64,000 nt of DNA. It comes from the human T2T-CHM13v2.0 reference genome, Homo sapiens. Each line of letters starts with the position of its first letter. Position 1 is the stretch's first letter. The notes beneath the pieces were generated by a model that ran no database searches, was not told the DNA's origin, and saw only the letters and a list, made by a program, of their open reading frames with translations. The DNA is taken from NCBI RefSeq assembly GCF_009914755.1, contig NC_060944.1; one strand, given 5' to 3'. This document shows positions 56,156 through 64,000 of the stretch, one piece after another. The position numbers were made by a program, and so were the translations under genes.

Positions 56156-58426
56156 GCTGTGTATTATGGGTCTATTTGAACATTCGAGGAAAATAAGTAG
56201 GATAAAAGTGATTTGGGACAACAGTCTCATTCTTTTGATATGATTAATACATATGACACAAATATCTTCTTTGGTAATTTTTTAAAAAATTAGATATAAT
56301 AGAAATTTATTTTTCTCTTACACAATGGACCTAGAGGTAGGCCATGAAGGGTTTGGCATGGTGCCTTCAATGTCAGAGATCAGATTCTGTTACATAACAT
56401 CTTATTGCTCTTTACTCAGTATCTTGTTGCTTTACCATCTTCAGCATGCTGCTTCCACTGTATGGTTTTAGATGGCTGCTGGAGTACCGGACATCACATC
56501 TGCATTCCAGACAACAGGAAGGAGAAAGAACTGAAGGGCACCCTTCTTCATTTTAAATTTATTTTATTTTTAGTTTTGATTAAAGGACCCACACATAAAC
56601 ATAAAATTTACTCTTTACCATTTTTAAATGTACAGTTCAGTAGTGTTACATATAGTCACATCTTGCTGCAATGTCCCTCCAGAAGATTTCTGTCATCTTC
56701 TTTGGAAAATTTTAAGAAACTATTACCAAAAAGTGTACCGAGATATAGTTTTAAGGCTGATGTACCAATGACACCACGTGAATAAATTCTGTACATTCAC
56801 CTGTAAAGCTCCTCAGCTTTTGGGCTTTTTTCTCCTTATTGGCTGGTTCTAAATAAATTTTATGAATTCCCAATAAACGGCTTTTGGGAAATGCCAGGTC
56901 ATCATTGTAATAAAAAGTGGTATAAGGGGAAAACAACTCTCTTAAAGCTAGACCTACTTAGACAACTGTTGTCTTTTTTTGGGAACATTCAATATTCCTC
57001 CTTCAAATTTCTCCAAATTTTCTCCCAAATGAATTTTTAAAAATTACATAGCATTGGAATCTTGTGCCAAAAACAACAGCATTGAAATCTTTTGCTTTAG
57101 CAGTGAATCCTTATATCAATATATGTTAAGTAAAACCATCTAATATATAAAATGTTGCAGAAACAGTACCATTGAAGTCAAAGTGGGAACAGGGAGGGAC
57201 GGAGATCTAGAATTCCATCATTTTGGCCTCTCCTTTAGGTGAAGACCCCTAGGCTGTAAAGCAGGTTCAACTACTGCCCTCTAATAACAGCAAAAATGTC
57301 CTAATCTCTTAGGTTCTTAAATACTTGTATGACATCACTGACAGGGACTAATTTAAAAGATTTAATTATTCCCCAATTCACACATGTCTTGATTTATTTT
57401 TGATAAAGAGTAGCAAATGGGTACCCTAGGATTCTATACAAATAAGCCAGTGTAATTTGATGGAATAAACACTGATTTGGATGTTAAGAGATTTTCAGCT
57501 AACCCTGGCTCTTCTGATAACTGGCTTTGTTACTTGGGGAAGTCAGTTAATCTCTCGTTTGTAGAATGATGGGGCTAAACTAACTGGTCTCTTAGAAATT
57601 GTTTCTTCAAGACCTAACCTTCTGTGGTTCTCCTTAATGCCTGGATGCAATGACCTTACTACTGATGGAAAGATTATCTTGGGAAATGTTGGCCAAAACT
57701 AAACCTTCTCCCCACACATCTGTTCTAATTTCATTTTGATGGGCAGATAGACACCTTGGCTGAGTTCCAGTTCAGGTAATTACATTCTGTCACTGTGATT
57801 TTCCTTGCATTGTCAATTGGCTACAGTATTCTTCATGATTTCTCTTGACTAACATGCCTTCTGACAATGTTGTCTGAAGCTGTGGCTTCATTTGGGAAAT
57901 TTCTGTGTGTTTTAGAAAATGTAATGCTGTCATCACAATGGGCCATAGACATTTCAGTCTTTCTAGGTGTTCTGAAGGGGTTGGCTCAAAAATACAGGGC
58001 AGGCTTTCACGTTGGTCTACTTTTAGTAGTGACATCTTTCAGATTTACCTAAAATAATGGCTAATATTTGTCTAAAAACTTTCTAGTGGAGAACTGTACT
58101 CATACTAATGGCTAGTAAAATTAATGGCTTACTGTGTGTATTGCATGCTCGCTGAAGTGTTTTCTGTGTGTCCACTCAGTTACTATGTCACTCCCATTTT
58201 GCAGATGAGGAAACTGAGGAATGGATGGGCCACAGTTCATGCAGCCTTTCTAAGCTTCCCATGGGAGACTTGACAGGTTAGTTATGATGCATCCATAGAA
58301 TGGGCCATTAAAAAGAGTGAGGTAGATCCATATTCAGTAGATGTGACAAACTCCCCAAGATGTGTGTGTGCATATATGTGTGTGTGTATATATATATACA
58401 CATACATATACAGAAAGAGAGAGAGA

Positions 58427-58703
58427 GAGTCTCACTCTGTCTTCCAGGCTGAAGTGCAGTGGCATGATCTTGGCTCACTGCAACTTCTGCCTCCTGGGTT
58501 CAAGCGACTTTTGTGCCTCAGCCTCCTGAGTAGCTGGGACTATAGGTGCAAGTTACCACGCCCTGCTAATATTTTTGTATTTTTAATAGAGACAGGGTTT
58601 CACCATGTTGGCCAGGCTGGTCTCGAATTCCTGACCTCAAGTAATCCACCCACCTCAGCCTCCAAAAGTCCTGGGATTACAGGCGTGACCCACTGTGCCC
58701 AGC
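58427..58703 (-). mobile_element. AluS whose tail region is a compound microsatellite (58361-58429)
   Basis: Alu dimer; TSD-like CTCCCCAAGATGT / CTCCCAAAATGT around it. Confidence 0.9.
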
Positions 58704-58722
58704 TCCCAAAATGTATAACTAA

Positions 58723-59106
<384 letters not shown>

Positions 59107-61490
59107 ATTTCTTTTTCTGGTCTGGAAGCAAACCCAACACAATGTTAATAGCAGTTACCTTTGAGGTAAAGGTTTATTTTATTTAAAATTATTTTTACTT
59201 TCCTTATGTTTGAGTGTTTTTTACCATGTGTATATTATGTTACTTACATTTTTAAAGAAAAATTGTCAACAAGGTTACCTGGATAGTGAAATTATGAATG
59301 ATCTTTGCTTTCTTATATGTTTCTGTTTCAAAAACACAGTAAATGTTATTTATTTTGTGGAAGATTTCTATCAATAAAGGAAAACCAGAGAATGTCCAGG
59401 CTAATGGTAGGAGATTTAGTTTTTGGGTTTTCTGGCTGGCTGGTGCTGGTTGGGGTGAGTCTAGGCTGGCTGCTGGTGGTGGGGCAGACCCCTGAGGCCC
59501 TCAGAGTCATACACAGAGGAAGAGCTTGGGTCAGACTTTGGCCTTTTCTGCTTGTTTCATCAAAACAGAAACCACAAGCTTTATCACAGCCTCAAAATGC
59601 ATTTTCTCTCTTCTTTGGGGTTAAAAACAAATTTTTCTTCAAAGAAAGCATATTGAGATTTTTAAGTCAAGTTCACAATTAAAAAAAAAATTTCTTGAAA
59701 GATGTGTGTATTGTCTTAACATGGGTTCCCTTTGTTAACACCTCCCAGTGGATTTATTTGGCATGAGGGATCTAGGGGCAGGACCCTGGACTTCTTCTTA
59801 GACAACCTAACCTCTTTGGTCCAGAACTATCTCAAGGTTCTGCTACCAACATGTTAGAAGCAAAAGGCCCAGGAAACAACCCAGTCACTTCATGGGAATT
59901 GGCAGCTTTAAATGTGAGTACACACACAGCAGTTGGTTATCTCTTTGGGGGTTAAGTTACCCCATTTAGTGCCGACTTGTGCAGACAATGGGGCAGAGGC
60001 CAGAGACACCAGAGTAATCCTTTTACCTGCCTGATCTGGAGTGACATTGGAATGAAGGGGCACTTTCAGAGGGTATCAGTTTCCTAGGTAAGTTCTGCAA
60101 ACAAGCCCGCAGAGCCTCAGCTTCCTCATTGTGCGTCCACTGCAGGCTGAAAAAAGCCAGACCTGCTTGTCAGTCCCGCAAACAGATGAAAGACCTACTT
60201 GGGTTCGGTGGAATTCCATTGTCGTGGTATTTACTCACAGTCGCCTAGCGCCTCCCCTGAAATGTGGACTGCAAGGGGACTAGTTTTCATGCCAAGCACC
60301 ACATCCTGAAAGCATAAACAGCGATTAAAACTTATTATAAAAAGAGTTGGAAGGGCAGCCAGGGTTTTCCGTCTCTCTTGGTGAATAAACTCAACTCCTA
60401 CATGCCAACACCTTGTGGTTACCCAATACTCTCTCTGTCCTGTCATTTTTCTTTCAAAGAAGCCACACCTTCCATTTCTCACTGCAAAGAGCTGTGGTGA
60501 CAGACATGTAAGAATTTTATTTTCTTTTTAAAGTAACTTAGATTACAGTAGGGCTGCCATGAGAAAGGTGACACAGAAGAGCAGACGAGAGGGAGCAGAA
60601 AGGTGTATGCAGATTCTCTTGTGTCCATCAGCCTTAAGAACAGGGGCTGCTGAGCCGAGTCAGAGGCTGAAGCCACTCCTAGGGATAAGATCCCCCCATG
60701 TCTCTACTCTGGGGACATTAGCTCCACTGTTTAGACTAGCTTCTCACTTTCACCCACATTTTTAGGCCAGTGGAAACTTCCATAAATCCAGGTCATACAT
60801 TCACATTCAACCGATGTGTGTTTACCCACTACTTCCGATCTGAAATTTTGGGAAGCTGGAGAACGGACAGGGACACTTGCCCACAGCTCTGCAGGCCAGA
60901 GGTGGTCCCATTCTGGGACTTTCTGTCCTTCTCTCCAGCTGAACAAACCTGATGATGCTGGCCTCCTCTCATAGACCTTTTAAATGCTGCATGAAGTCCA
61001 AACCACTTAGCAGAATTCTGGTCCCCACCTTCACTTCCAACCTCCTGGATGCCCTCTTGCCCTCTACTCTTTGTTCTGGTCATGAAATAGAAAATATAAT
61101 CCTGCACCCGGTCTTTACCTGGGCAGGGCCCCTGTCCTGGAATGCCTCCCTTTTCCTGCTTTATCTAACTCGCCTCTGTTCAGTGAAGACCCAACTTAAA
61201 TGCCGTCTTGTCTGGGAAATCTTACTTCAATCCTCTAGGAAATATTAATTGCTTCTCCCTTTAGAGCAGATTATCAGTGATATTATTTGTTTGTATGATC
61301 ATCTCTCCAAAAAGCTTCTTAAGGGTTTCAGGAAAGCATTTTGCTCATTTCCATATCTTCAGTTCCTAGCAATATACTTGGTAATCAATATGTGTTTGTT
61401 GAAGTTTGTATGAGATCATCAATATTTCTCATGCAGAGAACAGAGAAAAGAGAACAACAATAAAATATCTTCAATGCTGGGCTATCCTGA

Positions 61491-61808
<318 letters not shown>

Positions 61809-61951
61809 TCTTTGCTACACCTTGTCAGGGTCTTTTGCAGGAATTCCTTGTGGTCGTTGGCAGGTGTCATGCCTTATCACTGGTAGGCAAGCCTTGGAAA
61901 GCTCCTGTGAAGATTGTCCTATTAGTATCAGTTTACTTTTTTGAAAAAATA

Positions 61952-62113
61952 TTTTTATTGATTTTGGAGACAGAATCTTGCTTTGTCACCCAAATTGGAG
62001 TGCAGTGGCATGATCATAACTCACTGTAGTCTCAAACTCCTCGATTCAAGTGATCCTCCTGCCTCAGCCTCCCAAAGTGCTGGCATTACAGGCATGAGCC
62101 ACCATGCCTGGCC
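61952..62113 (-). mobile_element. FLAM-type Alu monomer
   Basis: Single monomer GAGACAG...CTCACTGTAGTCTCAAACTCC...CCCAAAGTGCTGG. Confidence 0.8.
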
Positions 62114-63912
62114 TTAGTTTACTTAAAAAAAATCTAAAAGTTTTAAAAAAACTTTACATAAAAATGGAAATAGCTGTATTATTTATTTTTGATTTATAAT
62201 ATATACATATTGGCTATGAAAAATTCAAATGACCAAAAAACTAAAAGATAAAATGAAAACCTAAAAGCAAAATTTACCCTAAATGCTACCACACAGATAA
62301 CACAGTTATCCTGTGGTAAATATCCTTCTAGATATATCTCATGCATATGCATACACACATAAACACATAAACATGCTCAGTTTCATATATTCATCTATTC
62401 TGAAAACACCTTAAACATTGCCTAAGTGACTCACATTTTACCTGCTCTTATGTAGCCTCCTTTGTATCTCAACGTATTGGACACCTTCATAACAATATAC
62501 AATACTTGGCGTCTTCTATTCTAATGGGTGTAGAGTATTCACCTGAATGAATGTTCCCAATGTTTTTCAAATGTCTGCTGCTGGATCTAGATGTTATTCC
62601 CGGATTTTCAGTACTATAAACCCTCGCCGTGATTGACATTCTTTTTCAGTGAAGTCACATTTCATGGGGGTTTCAGGAAAGGCGATATGTCCAGTAAAGT
62701 TTTCAAGGAGTCAATATCACCATGCAAAATTAGTTTGGTGCCACTTTGGAGAAAGACGTGGCCTCTCCAATTAGTCCAGCATAGCCAGTCTTTTCTCCTG
62801 TATTGGATAAGACAGTTGTTTCCTGAAGCAAGCACTTGTTGAAATAGCTGGCTTGCATTTTGGCGGGGGTCATGTGCTGTGTGAAAAATGAACAATACAT
62901 TTACCTTTAAATACAGGGCCAAGCCCAATACGGTGAGATACTCTTATTCATTTGAGGCCTTTCTAGACGACAAGAGACCAGAGAAGAGAGAAGCAGGCCC
63001 CTGTGCCCCTCCTGACATGTCCCTACTGTGTGAAAGGGCTGGGCTGGGGGACAGAATCACCAGGGAATTTCAGGTTCTCTCTCTCTTTCTTACTTACAGA
63101 AACCATAGCATCCCTTTTGGCAATGCTAAATGTGAATCTTGTTATACAGCTTTCCAGAAATGGGTCAGCTGGATAAAAGTGTACCAGGTCAAAAGTTTAC
63201 CAATTTGTCATCCTCATAAAAATGCATAGAAGCGCCTATTTCTTCCAAATGGTATGCTTGATTGAATCTACCTTTGCCAGTCTGACAGGTCCATATGTAT
63301 CACTTTTATTTTTCTTTGTATTTCCTTGGTAGCTTCATTATAGTGAAAATATATCTAAGCTCATTGGCTCTTTCTGGTTATTTGTGAAAGGTCTATGTTT
63401 CTTGCCCATGTCTTTTGTTGGGTGTTCTTTTTCTCTTAGTAACTTAAGAGTTATTTGTGTATTAGGACGATTAAATCTTTGTTACATGCATTGTAAATAT
63501 TTCTCTAGTTTTGTAGTTCATCTTAACTTTATTTATGGTGTTGTCATATAGTGTGAAAGTTTTTGGCTGTTATGTAGAAAACCATACAGTTTCCTCCCTA
63601 TATATCTTAACTCATTTTCTAAGAGTGTTAGATTTTAGTTTGAGTGTTTTCCAGCTTTTGGAATTAAGATATGAGAAAGTTTATGTCAAGCATTTTTGAC
63701 TAATTTATCTAATATTTTAATGCCCTTAAACAGTATTGAGAGGTACAACATTTAAGAGGTGATTAGGTCATGAGGGTTAGTTATCAGAGGAGGAAGTTCC
63801 CGATAAGAGGATGAGTTCAGCCCCCACCCTCTCTGTCTAATGCACATGTGCTTCCTCACCATGTGATGCTATTATCAATTAGTAATGATCATCCTGCTTT
63901 AAAACATTTAGA

Positions 63913-64000
63913 GGCCAGGCGCGGTGGCTCACGCCTGTAACCCCAGCACTTTGGGAGGCCGAGGCAGGCAGATCACGAGGTCAGGAGATCGAGACCATCC
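63913..64000 (+). mobile_element. Young Alu (AluY/Sc-like) 5' end, cut by the window edge
   Basis: GGCCAGGCGCGGTGGCTCACGCCTGTAA...GATCACGAGGTCAGGAGATCGAGACCATCC. Confidence 0.93.

Overview
Primate (human-like) non-coding genomic DNA, dense in interspersed repeats: at least 12 Alu/FLAM copies, L1PA/L1PB/L1M fragments, L2, MIR, MaLR and ERVL/ERV1 LTRs, MER5A and microsatellites. No protein-coding exon, RNA gene or prokaryotic feature is supported; the supplied ORFs are repeat-derived or chance frames. I cannot identify the locus by name, and repeat subfamilies are assigned from remembered consensus sequences, so many boundaries are approximate. Structures that the repeat annotation does not explain: (1) a near-perfect inverted repeat with 95-bp arms (94/95 match, 121-bp spacer) at 13906-14216, with a second 19-bp inverted copy right after it, next to a CpG-rich promoter-like segment; (2) a 122-bp local direct duplication at 31340/32275 flanking a TG tract; (3) a 5'-inverted L1PA with a 13-bp TSD and an apparent 28-bp 3' transduction; (4) CTCF-like motifs in divergent orientation (812 on -, 29289 and 42268 on +), the last inside a CpG-rich patch made of old transposons; (5) a minus-strand bias of Alu/L1 insertions together with + strand exon-like segments, suggesting the window lies inside a long + strand transcript.
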